Positions 49,748 through 61,136 of a stretch of 64,000 nt of DNA are shown piece after piece; the stretch's first letter is position 1; each line of letters starts with the position of its first letter. The notes beneath the pieces were generated by a model that saw only the letters and a list, made by a program, of their open reading frames with translations, had not been told where the DNA came from and searched no databases. Source of the DNA: Hormiphora californensis (taxonomy: Eukaryota > Animalia > Ctenophora); contig CM035360.1 of NCBI GenBank assembly GCA_020137815.1, positions 1,178,001 to 1,242,000 of the forward strand, read 5' to 3'. The translations under genes were made by a program, and so were the position numbers.

Positions 49748-50905
49748 TTAGATTCGGTGTTTGTTCTGAAGTGCTAGGTCCTCTTTGTACAGGGTGTTCA
49801 CTCCGTCAATCATGGTCTGGACTAGCTGTACCTCGCTGTATCCCAGCCTGTGCTTGTTGGAGATGTCATAAGTGACACCAGTCTGGCCACCACTCTCTCC
49901 TCGGGTTCCTCGGGGCTGGAGGTTCAGAGTCTCGCATCGAGCCTTCAGCTTGTCAACTCCCTCAGCAGTCCATCCAGGAAGGTCAATATGGACAGAGGCC
50001 CTCATTCCGGTTCCCAGGTTGGTGGGGCAGGAATGGATGTAACCGTATTTTTCATCCAAAAGGAAGTCCTTTCCAGAGGCATTGTTGACAGATACTCGGA
50101 CAGCCTCAATTCCTTTAGCTAGGCGAGCAAAGACCTCCCTCACATCTCCTCCCTTCTGCATGGAAATGATCCTGGTCTGGTCCTCCTCATTCACCCACAC
50201 GAGGAAGGTTTTCTCTTTGTTGTGGAAGATACCTCGACCCTCGGGCCAGTCTCGCTCCATACCCGCAGCCTTCAAGTTTCGATCTCCAGACACGAAAAGG
50301 AAATGATCATCAACCAACTGCTGTCGGATCTTTTCATCCATTCCCAGGAGGGGGTAGTAGTTTCCCTTTAGGTTACCTTCCATTGATTCCAGAGCGTTCT
50401 TCATGAGTTTCTCAAGTTCTAACCTCTGCTCTCGAGTGATTCCAGGGGACAGTCCGAATCCGTTGAAAGATCGCCCGACCCTGATTCGAACTGAATGCAC
50501 GGGGGCAAGAGGGTTGATTGTACCTCGGATCTTTGAAACATCCATGTCGGAAGTGTGCTTAGCATTGGGGCTGATACCGTGGTACTCCTGAATCAGGGGG
50601 TCGAAAACGGCAGCGAAATCCTTGTAAGAGTCTCCATCACCGGCATAAATTCCGCAGTGCTGGTCATCGAACTGAACGGCACAAGCGATGGCTTTCTCGA
50701 GTGTGAATCCGGATGTCTTGGTCGTGATGTTGGAAAGCTTTTCCCATTTATCTTTGGTTACATGTTTAGCCACTAGTGAATGGGCGGACAAGATTTCTGG
50801 GAAAGGTTTGCTGGCATTTCCACTTCCATTAGCCATCAAGAGGAATCCACCCAGGCCGGCAACGGCGGCAGTTCCATAAACTACTTTCGTGTACTTTCCA
50901 AACAT
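49748..50905 (-). CDS. Arginine (phosphagen) kinase, intronless, 385 aa with N-terminal hydrophobic extension
   Basis: CGIYAGD, VRIRVGRS, LVDDHFLF, WPEGRGIFHN, VWVNEED, CPTNLGTGMRASVH, RGTRGE, DISNKHRLG; first ATG at 50905 (MFGKYTKVVYGTAAVAGLGGFLLMA). Confidence 0.95.
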   Translation of the reverse strand: MFGKYTKVVYGTAAVAGLGGFLLMANGSGNASKPFPEILSAHSLVAKHVTKDKWEKLSNITTKTSGFTLEKAIACAVQFDDQHCGIYAGDGDSYKDFAAVFDPLIQEYHGISPNAKHTSDMDVSKIRGTINPLAPVHSVRIRVGRSFNGFGLSPGITREQRLELEKLMKNALESMEGNLKGNYYPLLGMDEKIRQQLVDDHFLFVSGDRNLKAAGMERDWPEGRGIFHNKEKTFLVWVNEEDQTRIISMQKGGDVREVFARLAKGIEAVRVSVNNASGKDFLLDEKYGYIHSCPTNLGTGMRASVHIDLPGWTAEGVDKLKARCETLNLQPRGTRGESGGQTGVTYDISNKHRLGYSEVQLVQTMIDGVNTLYKEDLALQNKHRI

Positions 50906-51412
50906 ATTGAGACGAGAAACAAAGGTTATAAAGGCAAACTGAGAACTGAGGAATGTGAATTGTGCAAACTTCCAAAATGCTCCTTCATAAAATAATTTAG
51001 TCAAAGTAACTTAAAACAAGAATTTCTTTTGACAGAAAATGAAAAGACCTCTGATTTATTAATAATTTCATAAAGTTATGTATCTTCCTTAAAAAATCAA
51101 CTTTTTAAATCAGCAGGTATGATTTTAAATTGACATTGATAAACACAGAAATGACAACGTTAAAATTTAATTACAAGGGCTTACAAGGCCAGTAACTGGC
51201 ATGAGTCTTATGCATATGACAGTTGTTAGTGGTCAGTTGGCTAGGGTTACTATCTCGGACAGTCCTTCATTTCCGTTGCTATGGTGACTCGCTGTAGCAA
51301 CGAAGTTGGTTGCCATAGCAACCAGTGAATTTTTTGTAAAATACTTCATTTCTTTATCCAAATTCACCTATCAGCTGAGATTGAAAAATTGAACGGCAGC
51401 AAACTGTTTGTT

Positions 51413-53671
51413 TCACGATCTAATCCAGTTAACTATTTTAACTCTCACAGATGGGTTTGCAAAATAGTAAACCACACAGTCACACAGGGGTACAATATAG
51501 TAACAGGTCACTAAGACAACCTGTGCAGTAAAGTAACTAAATTGAACACCTTGGTGAAGTATCACCTCCGGAATGGCAATCAACATGTTGGATAGACAAA
51601 TCAGGAAACTGATTTTTAACAGTTTAGCACAAGCCCTCCCGTTTAGGTAGACAGTCAGGAAGATGGCTAGGTAGAGGAGAACGCAGATGAAGAATGGTAG
51701 GATCCTGAAGACAATGTTGATTAGCGTGGCATTAATTAGGGGTGATCCAACCCAGACACATCGGTGGTACTCCTGGTTGTAGATTACCTAGGGAGAGGAT
51801 TTTTGAGTATTGTGAAGGAGGAGAGGGATTCTTTACCAACTTACAAAAAGAACCCGGGTATGTTTGGTTTGTTTGGGGAGTGGCGTTTGTCTACCGGATT
51901 AAGGTCTCGCTACAATTGTACCGGAGAAACGGTAACGCATTACCGTAATGAGACGCACACTTTGTGTTGGTACTATAATTGCTACCTGTCTGCTTCAACA
52001 TGCACGCTACGTAAAGTGTGTGTGTGTGTGTCTCATTACGGTAACGCGTCACCGCTTCTCCACTACAAGCGGCCGTGTTACGTTGTTACATCGATAAATC
52101 AATCAGCACACAAAAAACAACGATCGGTGTACCGATTGTTTTATCGCTCTTACCCTGGACAGTCCAAGTTGCAAGGTAGTCACCCTGATAAGGGTCATGA
52201 TAAAGGTTGGTCCATATGCAATTGTTATCATTACCACCTCAAAAACCCATGAACCCTTTAATTTTCGGTGTCGTAAGGGCATTACCACCGCAAAAAACCT
52301 GTCTACCGATATCGGTACTATAACCGGCGTCTGACTATCCCTGCAGGAATTGTTAATTTAGGAAATTTTAGTATTGGTATAGCTGGAAGCTAGGCTGGAC
52401 TAAATGTAAATTACGACATATTTATTGCAATTGAAGACTGAGTTTTTGGAATAATACCATGTTATTACCATACAAATGATGCCAAAAGGTTGAAGATTTT
52501 ACAAAAGTTGTTTGACGTTGTCTTGCCATCCTCGATATCCCAAACATCACTGTGAAGAATGCCAATACCACGAATAGTTCCCACTACCGATACTAGCACA
52601 TTCGTCAGCATAAGCAGTAAAATGTAGAGATTCTGGGAAGGGATATGATTGGCCGTTCAAGTGTCGTGTCGGCAATATATTGTATCAATTTAAACGTAAA
52701 GTAACTAAATTTAGAAGACAACAATAACTTTATTAATTAATAATTACCTGACTGCCTGGTAATCGTAATCGAGCTGTAATTATGTTAAATGATATGAAGG
52801 CAGCCGCAACTGTACCTGTTAGCCCTACACCAGTTATTACTGCACCCTATAATAGTTGAGAGAGGAATATTAAATTTAAATTAAAGTGGTAAAGTTATAT
52901 ACCCTGCTAACTTAAATAACCCGCCAGTGGCCAGAAGTCCCACTGGCGCGCTCTCAATATACAGCCAGTCCAGCGGCAGATTATTTCCCACTGGCTGGCT
53001 GTTTATTATTAACTCCTATGTTACATTCAAAGTGTGTGTAAATGATCAGTTCTTACTGAAATACAGAGGGAACACTGTTTGCAAGAGTTACACACTGCAT
53101 TGGAGAGAAAGAAACAACACATTCCGTCAATTTCTCTCTCTTTATCTCCCCTTTTGTTTCACTATCTCAATTCCTCTGTGTTATGTCTGGCATGCCCCAT
53201 ATCTTGTTATTTCTTTCTCTCTCTCCTTAGTAACTGTTACCAAACAATATACACTCAATTGAGAGATGTTTTTGACTGTTTCTCAGTTCTCTTTGTGTGT
53301 TTTGATTAGTGTTTTCTCTCTTGTTAGTGTGTAATACTTGAAACAAACAACTAAAGCAGGGTATATAACCCATAAACTCTGACCAATGGCACGTTATTGG
53401 TTTAAACCCCTCCGCCTCTCCCTCGGCTCCGCCTCGGGATCGTCGTCGTGATTTAAACCAGTTTATCCGCCACTGGCGGATAAACTACAGCTACCTTCTC
53501 CCAGCGGCGCGCTGGGAGAAAGGTATCTGAAATAACGTACCAGTGGCCAGAGTTTATGCCTCATATAAAAGTTCCCAAAAAGGTTAAAATTGTACTCACG
53601 TTAATAAGTCTGAATTTACAAACAGGGATGGTATCATTGACACAGTCGTTATAACCAATACTGTAGGACAT
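51413..53671 (-). CDS. Compact class A-like GPCR, tandem paralogue 1 (298 aa, 5 exons)
   Basis: Exons 53671-53600, 52846-52748, 52632-52469 (NNFC), 52340-52154 (SVDRF), 51787-51413 (DCVVYYFANPSVR); lengths sum to 897 nt, in frame. Confidence 0.88.
52900..53563. mobile_element. Asymmetric double-IR element (Crypton-like), copy 2, in intron 1 of GPCR paralogue 1
   Basis: Homologous to 30871-31545; absent from the paralogous intron at ~60391-60410 (AAAGTCATAAAAGT). Confidence 0.85.
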
Positions 53672-54990
53672 GTCCCAACTTTAAATAAAAAAGTGTTAAT
53701 AATTAAAAATTAGTTTAATTTGCTGATCCAGATTAGCAGGATATATGAATTAGCGAAAGAGAAACGAAGTGCATTATAACAAAAGAGTTATCTGAGCGAT
53801 TAGTTAAAATTAAACTTTAGTTTGAAGGAATAGAAAGAAATCAGCAATATAGGTCAGTTAAATGATTATGTGGTTTACTGTTTGCATTCGCCACAAGATC
53901 AATCTAGATCGGCAAAGAAGACGACAAAATCTGTGTGAAGAAGAAGTCGCGAGACAGTTATATTAGGTAAACCACAGAATTGTAAAATGTTAAATAGCTA
54001 ACAATAAAGATAGATTAAAACTTTAAAAATAGAGGAGGCTACGTGCTACACTGCTATATGGCCTCCACCGCCATACCCCGCCCGCACCCGTTGACCCGTG
54101 GCCCGTATAGCACAAAACTATCGTGCCAGACTCACCAGGATCAGGTAATTGGTGATTAAGACCAATCATAAAACTAATCGGTCTAATCCAAAAGATCATC
54201 TTGATATCCTGAGCGAAAACGGAAGAGCGGGAGAGCAGAGTGAAGCAGACTGAATCAGCAGTAGAGAGCTAACGGGATTTGCTAAGTTCAGCTTGTGGGA
54301 AATGGGATCGAGGACCGATTAAAGAGAGAGAGAGAGTTTAAAAAAATAATATTGTCTGTCTGTCTGTATGACATAGAAGTCTATCTGTCAGTATTGTGCC
54401 TTATCTGGAGAGGGGAACGTTTCATTTAACCTTGAACGAATACAAAACGCTGGAGATAGTGGGACCACTAACGGTTATGAATATAAGAAGGTTGAACATT
54501 AAGAATCTAGCTGAATCTTCAAAACCAATTAAAAATAAACTAGACCAAAAAACAAAGGAAATTTGTTTGGAACACCCGTGGCCTTTTTCGATACTTGACG
54601 CTGCGGGAAATGCACCCATAATCTGAGCTATACTACTAGGTATCGTTGTGCCATCTCTCCAAGTTCTAACATACGCACACTTTCTCTCACTCTTCCTCGC
54701 GTCTTGCTCTGACGAAGGGTGCATTTCCCGCAGCGTCAAGTATCGAAAAAGGCCACGGGTGTTCCAAACAAATTTCCTTTGTTTTTTGGTCTAGTTTCTC
54801 AGGGTTTTTGTAAACAGGTAACATAAATATGCAAATAACGGCTAAATGGTGCGAGATACGACTTTTTGTCCGGGGGACGACCCCCCATAAATCGACTATT
54901 CTACGTCGAAATATGTCCATGAAAACATTCTAGGACCAGCTGAAGTGGAAATATTCAGAATATGCATTAAATCATGAATCAGTGCATAAA

Positions 54991-56311
54991 TGAACTATGA
55001 ACGTTTGTAGACTGGCGCGTTATCAAGTTGGCTGTTCCCAGCGCAAGCTGGGGACAGCCAACTGGAGTTTAATCGCCCGGTAGGGCGATTAAACTGGTAT
55101 AGACCCCGCCGGCTCAAATAGACGCACGGCGCGCTCAAACAATTTGCACTGGTCTATTGGGCCGTGCACTGCCGTGAGTTTGTCTCTCGATAGACGCACG
55201 CCCTCTGACAGATTTGTGTAAAGATCACAAAGAATCACTGGAAACACGATAAAATGACTTGGTAACTCAAGAGGGAGTGTGTGTACAACCTACAACGCTC
55301 TCTGTCTAGATTTGGCGCCCGCCAGTCTGTTGCAACTGTTGCTCATGACCCACAATTAACTGTAATCTCTCTCTGCATTCCACGCTTTGAAACTGTTACA
55401 ACGATTGTTACGAGTGTGTAGGAATGTAGAGAGGCACTCTGTAGCTTCATTTCTAACTGTTTGACCCGTTTTGTGTGAGCTCTCTCTGTGTCAACCACCT
55501 AATTTGTGCTTGTTTTGCTTCTAGGTGCCCGCCAGCGGGGTCTATAGAACACAACTCCCTCCCTTACGTGCAGATATACCTGTAAACCCCTCGCTGACGC
55601 TCGGGATTTACAGGGCTGTAACGCACGGGTCCCTTCGGGACCCGTGCATTACAGCTCAATAGACGCACTGCTCTGCAGTAGTGCAGTGCGTCTATTGAAT
55701 AGATGCCCGCGCGGGAGGGAGTTATGTACTATTTAAATCCCGACGCCGATCCCGAGGCGCCAGCCGAGGGTGAGGGGGAGGTGATTTAAACCTATAACGC
55801 GATAGGCTAACAAACGTTCATAGTTTATGAAACCCGATAGTAATTACACACAAATAAGAGACACAACACAAGGGGTAACACACAAGGACTACTGGCAAAT
55901 AGTCAACAGACACTCTCAAAATGTGTGTAGACTTAGTGTCTACTGTTCCTAACATGTTTGAGAAAGAGAGAGAAAGATTAGGGGCAAAACACACAGTGAG
56001 AGATATTGAACAGTAAAAGAGAGAATGAGAGAGAGAAACGAATGGAATGCGACTATTTTGCCTCTTGATGAGAGAGATAACATTGAAAAGTGTTGCAGAT
56101 GTGTTCCCCTCTCTGTTATTGACAGAACTGTGTGTTTACACACATTTTCATTACTTGGAAATTTACACGCATGTTATGGAAATGAAGAGAAACGCGTGAA
56201 AATGGGCACTGGTCTGATAAAGAGCGAGCAGGGTGTTAAATCCCCCATCTCGCAGTTAACGTGTGTGCGTAAAATGTTCAAACGACTGATAAATCAACTA
56301 TCGGGTTTCAT
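54991..56311. mobile_element. Larger relative of the double-IR element nested in Helitron C
   Basis: IR pairs ACTATGAACGTTTGT/ACAAACGTTCATAGT and ATGAAACCCGATAGT/ACTATCGGGTTTCAT; shares the TTTAAATC...GATCCCGAGGCG..GCCGAGGG...TTTAAACCTATAACG block; splits one 163-bp repeat unit. Confidence 0.75.
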
Positions 56312-57055
56312 ATATGCATATAACGGCTAAACGGTGCGAGATACGACTTTTTGTCCGGGGGACGACCCCCCATAAATCGACTCTTCTGCGTCGAAATATG
56401 TCCATGAAAACGTTCTAGGACCATTTGAAGTGGAAATATTCAGAATATGCATTAAATCATGAATCTGCGCATAAATATGCAAATAACGGCTAAACGGTGC
56501 GAGATACGACTTTTTGTCCGGGGGACGACCCCCCATAAATCGACTCTTCTGCGTCGAAATATGTCCATGAAAACATTCTAGGACCAGTTGAAGTGGAAAT
56601 ATTCAGAATATGCATTAAATCATGAATCAGTGCATAAATATGCATATAACGGCTAAACGGTGCGAGATACGACTTTTTGTCCGGGGGACGACCCCCCATA
56701 AATCGACTCTTCTGCGTCGAAATATGTCCATGAAAACGTTCTAGGACCATCTGAAGTGGAAATATTCAGAATATGCATTAAATCATGAATCTGCGCATAA
56801 GTATGCAAATAACGGCTAAACGGTGCGAGATACGACTTTTTGTCCCGGGGACGACCCCCCATAAATCGACTCTTCTGCGTCGAAATATGTCCATGAAAAC
56901 GTTCTAGGACCATCTGAAGTGGAAATATTCAGAATATGCATTAAATCATGAATCTGCGCATAAGTATGCAAATAACGGCTAAACGGTGCGAGATACGACT
57001 TTTTGTCCCGGGGACGACCCCCCATAAATCGACTCTTCTGCGTCGAAATATGTCC
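56312..57055. repeat. 163-bp tandem repeat (~4.5 copies, plus one at 54822-54990) inside Helitron C
   Basis: Near-identical units AACGGCTAAACGGTGCGAGATACGACT...; explains the repeated minus-strand ORFs 56327-57025. Confidence 0.95.
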
Positions 57056-57648
57056 TTTGAAATGTCCTTACAACAACCAATACCGAGATAATCATAAAAT
57101 TATACATAAATTATGCATAATTAATGACTTCCCATGCTCAAATCAAAATTTTACATAGCCTACGACATGTAGAATAGTCGATTTATGGGGGGTCTTCCCC
57201 GGGACAAAAAGCTCTAAATCCAGCCGTTTTTGCTCAGTTTGGTTTGTAAAAAGGTCGTGCGTATGTATGTATGTATGTATGTATGTATGTATACAGAGCA
57301 AGCGTTTGGGACCCCCCTCGTAACTTTTGAACGAAACCATCGATCCACTTGAAATTTTAAACACTATTAGATATCATTGAGGTAGCTTTACATACAAAAT
57401 TTCAGCGTGCTAGCTTATCGGGAACATGGTTAAATAGACGCTCGAAAAGGGCGAAAGTCACATCCGTATGGTATACTGCACTGGCCCCGAATCGGGCGAA
57501 ATTAAATTTTCCGTGCCTGAGTTTATCCTTTCAGATTTGATCTTATAATGTTCTAGGATGACCTTAGAAGGGGTGGGATGGTTTTTCATTGCTGGGGGCT
57601 TTGCCCCCAGACCCCCATTAGGCCACGGGGCACTTGCCAGTGCAGTGA

Positions 57649-58500
57649 TAGTATTTCAAATATTCAGATCTATCTATTGTATTAAATCAATATCATCTAA
57701 AGACAACTCAAAGACTCTAAAACTCTCCAAGTCCAACTCTCTCCACTCTCATCAGTCTATCTCTGCACTCCTCCTCGCAAGACTCTCGGACTCACAGTAA
57801 ATTCATGTTGCCACACTAACTGGTTGGAACCCATGAAGAACAGAGATACTAGATATAATAACTTGTTAAGTACTCACAAAATAATGACGTGCAGCATGCA
57901 TAATCACTATCAGTGATATCTAAATAGTAAATACTTTACTTTTTGTTCGTTTTCATTGTTTTCTACAGGATAAACTGATAATGTCCGAGAATTCAACCAA
58001 TCAATTAAATTCCGTCTGGTTAACATCCTCTCGCTAACGTTGAGCTCCATAAACATCACTCTTTCTCAACCACAACATCAATCAAGGCTCTATAATAATA
58101 CAGCAAACTGGTTGTTTCACGATCTAATCCAGTTAACTATTTTAACTCTCACAGATGGGTTAGTAAAATAGTAAACCACACAGTCACACAGGGGTACACT
58201 ATAGAAACACGTTACTGAGACAATCTGTGCAGTAAAGTAACTAAATTTGACACCATGATATAGTATCATCTCCGGAATGGTAGTCAACATATTGGAAAGA
58301 CAAATCAGGAAACTGATTTTTAACAGTTTAGCACAAGCCCTCCCGTTTAGGTAGACAGTCAGGAAGATGGCTAGGTAGAGGAGAACGGAGATGAAGAATG
58401 GTATCATGTCCATAACGATGGGGATTACACGTGTGTTGATGATAAGTGACCCATCCCAGACACATCGGTGGTACTCCTGTTTGTAGGTCATCTGGGGAGG
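57649..58500. repeat. Segmental duplication unit of the GPCR array (54250-54539 plus 57649-58500 matches ~62060-63200)
   Basis: Long collinear identity of 3' flanks and last exons between paralogues 2 and 3. Confidence 0.9.
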
Positions 58501-60509
58501 GGATCGTTTTGATTTATCTGGGGGATGCATGTTTTGGTTATGTGGGGAGTGGTTTTAGTTAATCTGGAGATGGTTTATTGGTTTGGTGATGCCATCGCAG
58601 GAAGGGGTGTTATAGGGGTGACTGCGTCACCAAAAGGATGGCGATTGGCGAGGTTTTGTTTTATCTGGGCTGGGGATTGGGACTGGGAAGGGGAGTTTGT
58701 TTGATCTCAGATAAGCCGTTTATCTAGGGAGGGGACTGTAGTTTTTATTTTCTGTAGGGATTTTTTTGGTGTATCTGGTATGGGATCTGTCAGGCCAATG
58801 CTCTGACCACATTTCTCGCTTATTTGAGGGAAATGAGAATAGGGTCAAGACAATGCTCCGACAGTATGGGATTGCGCTTGTCAGCTAAACGGTTGAAGAT
58901 AGAGCTTAAAAGTCCGACGTCGACCCCCCATAACTTGGCTATTGCCTACAAAATGGCACCAATGAAAAGTCTCTAAACCATTCCTAAGTGGCTATAGCCA
59001 TATAGCCTAAAAACGGTTATGCGCAAAACTAATTATCCAATTATCTAATTAACCGGATGAGATAGAGACTTAATTTCAGCACCTACCCCCACTAATTCGA
59101 GGACGCTGCCCTCGGTTTTGTCTCTACTCCTTTCCTAACATGGCTATAGCCATATGGCCATCAAACGGCTATGCGCATACCTAATTATCTAATTATCTAA
59201 TTAACCAGATGAGATAGAGACTTCATTCCGGCACCTACCCCCACTAATGCGAGGACGCTGAACACTTTGGTGCCCTTAATTTTGTCTCTACTCCTTTCCT
59301 AAGGGTAGATATAGCTGTTTTCCCCTTATGCTCAATTACCAATCAATTAGGGGCTAATTACACAACTTCCCCCAAATAATTGAGACTGACCTAGGATTTA
59401 CAACCGGAATTGGCTTGCCTCTTGTGACTTCTAGGTTTGGCCAAAAATCGACACGTTTTGACAGGCTTATGTCATTTGAGCAGCCTGATGATGTCGATGT
59501 TCGACGAAACCGTCATGTGATTTATTTCCTGCAATAAAATCATTGTCTCAGTTGTCCATAATCTACTATCAAAATTTTTCCCCCGTTTTTTTCTGTTTTC
59601 TTCGGGTCGGAGGTGCCTGCCGGCACCTAAATAATAGCCGATTGATTTATAAATCTTACGCTGGATAGTCCAAGTTGCAAGGTAGTCACCCTGATAAGGG
59701 TCATGATGAGGGTTGGTCCATATGCCAGGGTTATCATGACCACCTCAAAAACCCGTGAACCTTTTAATTTCCGGTGTCGTAAGGGCATTACCACCGCGAA
59801 AAACCTGTCTACCGATATTGGTACAATTACCGGCATCTGACTATCCCTGCAGGAAATGTTAATTTATATTGATACTTGGTACATAGCTGGAAGACTGAGT
59901 TGCTGGAATAATAATTCGTCATTTAAATTACCAAACAAAATGTGCCAAAAGGATATAGATTTTACAAAAGTTGTTTGAAGTTGTCTTGCCATCCTCGATA
60001 TCCCAGATATCACTGGTTAGAATACCTATACCACGAATAGTTCCCACTACTGATACTAGCACGTTCGTCAGCATAAGCAACAAAATGTAGAGATTCTGGC
60101 CGGGGGGGGGGGGGGTATTGGCTGATCAAGTCTAAGCTACTTGAACTAGGGATAAAAATTTAGCCACGTCGACAGATCAGCTGAATTTTGAAAATAACAA
60201 CCAGCAATCCCTTTATAAGCAAAGAAAATAACAACTCAATTAATTAACAGTAAATTAATTACCTGACTGCCTGGTAATCGTAACCGAGCTGTAATTATGT
60301 TAAATGATATGAAGGCAGCCCCAATTGTACCCGTTAGCCCTATACCAGTTATTACTGCACCCTGTTAATAGTTGAGAGGAGATAATTTAAAGTGGTAAAG
60401 TCATAAAAGTCACAAAAAAGATTAAAATTGTACTCACGTTAATAAGTCTGAATTGACAAACAGGGATGGTATCATTGACACAGTCGTTATAACCAATACT
60501 GTAGGACAT
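58117..60509 (-). CDS. Compact GPCR, tandem paralogue 2
   Basis: Same five-exon layout (ATG 60509; ~60361-60263; ~60095-59932; ~59846-59660; 58491-58117); frame intact. Confidence 0.88.
59485..59514 (+). ncRNA. Degenerate minimal hammerhead-ribozyme-like motif
   Basis: CTGATGA-T-GTCGA-TGT-TCGAC-GAAAC-CG-TC with a perfect 5-bp stem II and AATAAA ~20 nt downstream; stems I and III do not pair well. Confidence 0.35.
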
Positions 60510-60919
60510 GTTCCATAAAACCTATTTACAATTGAATGGGATAAACTATTTAATTAATGTATACATTATAATAATAATACATTATAATAAAAACTAACTG
60601 GAACTAAAATAATAAAATGGAACTATAGTTTAATAAGGTACGTAGAACGTATAGTTCCATTTTAGTGAGGGCCATATTTGACGCATGTCTGAGACAAGAA
60701 AAAGTGAATCGAAATGCAATGCAACAAGAAAAATTAAATGGTGCCTATAGGCTAGGCCAGCCTATATAGTCTTAAATATTTCAGGAAGCATGTGAAATCT
60801 TTATTAAATCTGGGTATCCGACATCCGTAGGTAAAAAGTGAAGGTATCAAAATGTGTATGTAGCATCTTCGTATTTTGAGTGTTTTAAAGGAAGAGAGAG
60901 AGAGAAATCAACTAAAGGT

Positions 60920-61136
60920 CCCCCCAAACTACTATGTCCCTTGCTGCGCGCGACCGGATTTTAGACGGCCATAGCTCCACCCCCTGATAAGATAAAGACC
61001 TGAAATTTGTTTTGTAGGGAGATCATATTGAGTTCTTCGTACAAAACAAATTTCAAGTCTCTATCTCATCAGGGAGTGGAGTTATGACCGTGGGAAATTT
61101 CACAAAACCCGAGTGAGGGACATAGTAGTTTGGGGT
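60920..61136. mobile_element. Palindromic MITE
   Basis: CCCCAAACTACTATGTCCCT ... AGGGACATAGTAGTTTGGGG with a further paired inner stem. Confidence 0.7.

Larger units (their letters stand above)
54540..57648 (-). mobile_element. Helitron-like non-autonomous element C (3.1 kb)
   Basis: Minus strand A|TCACTGCACTGGCAAGTGC ... TTTTTTGGTCTAG|T. The paralogous empty site AAAAATAAA|TAGTATTTC at ~62342-62359 shows insertion between A and T with no TSD. (GTAT)n at ~57260-57292; terminal ~79 bp duplicated inverted at 54717-54794. Confidence 0.9.

Noticed and set aside
50906-51004. 33-aa extension of arginine kinase in the ORF track
   Set aside because: Begins at a non-ATG codon; the first ATG is at 50905.
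56327-57025. Repeated 69-86-aa ORFs
   Set aside because: Translations of the 163-bp tandem repeat.
61058-61072. Second hammerhead (minus-strand CTGATGA...GAAA)
   Set aside because: No stem II; it is part of a MITE arm.
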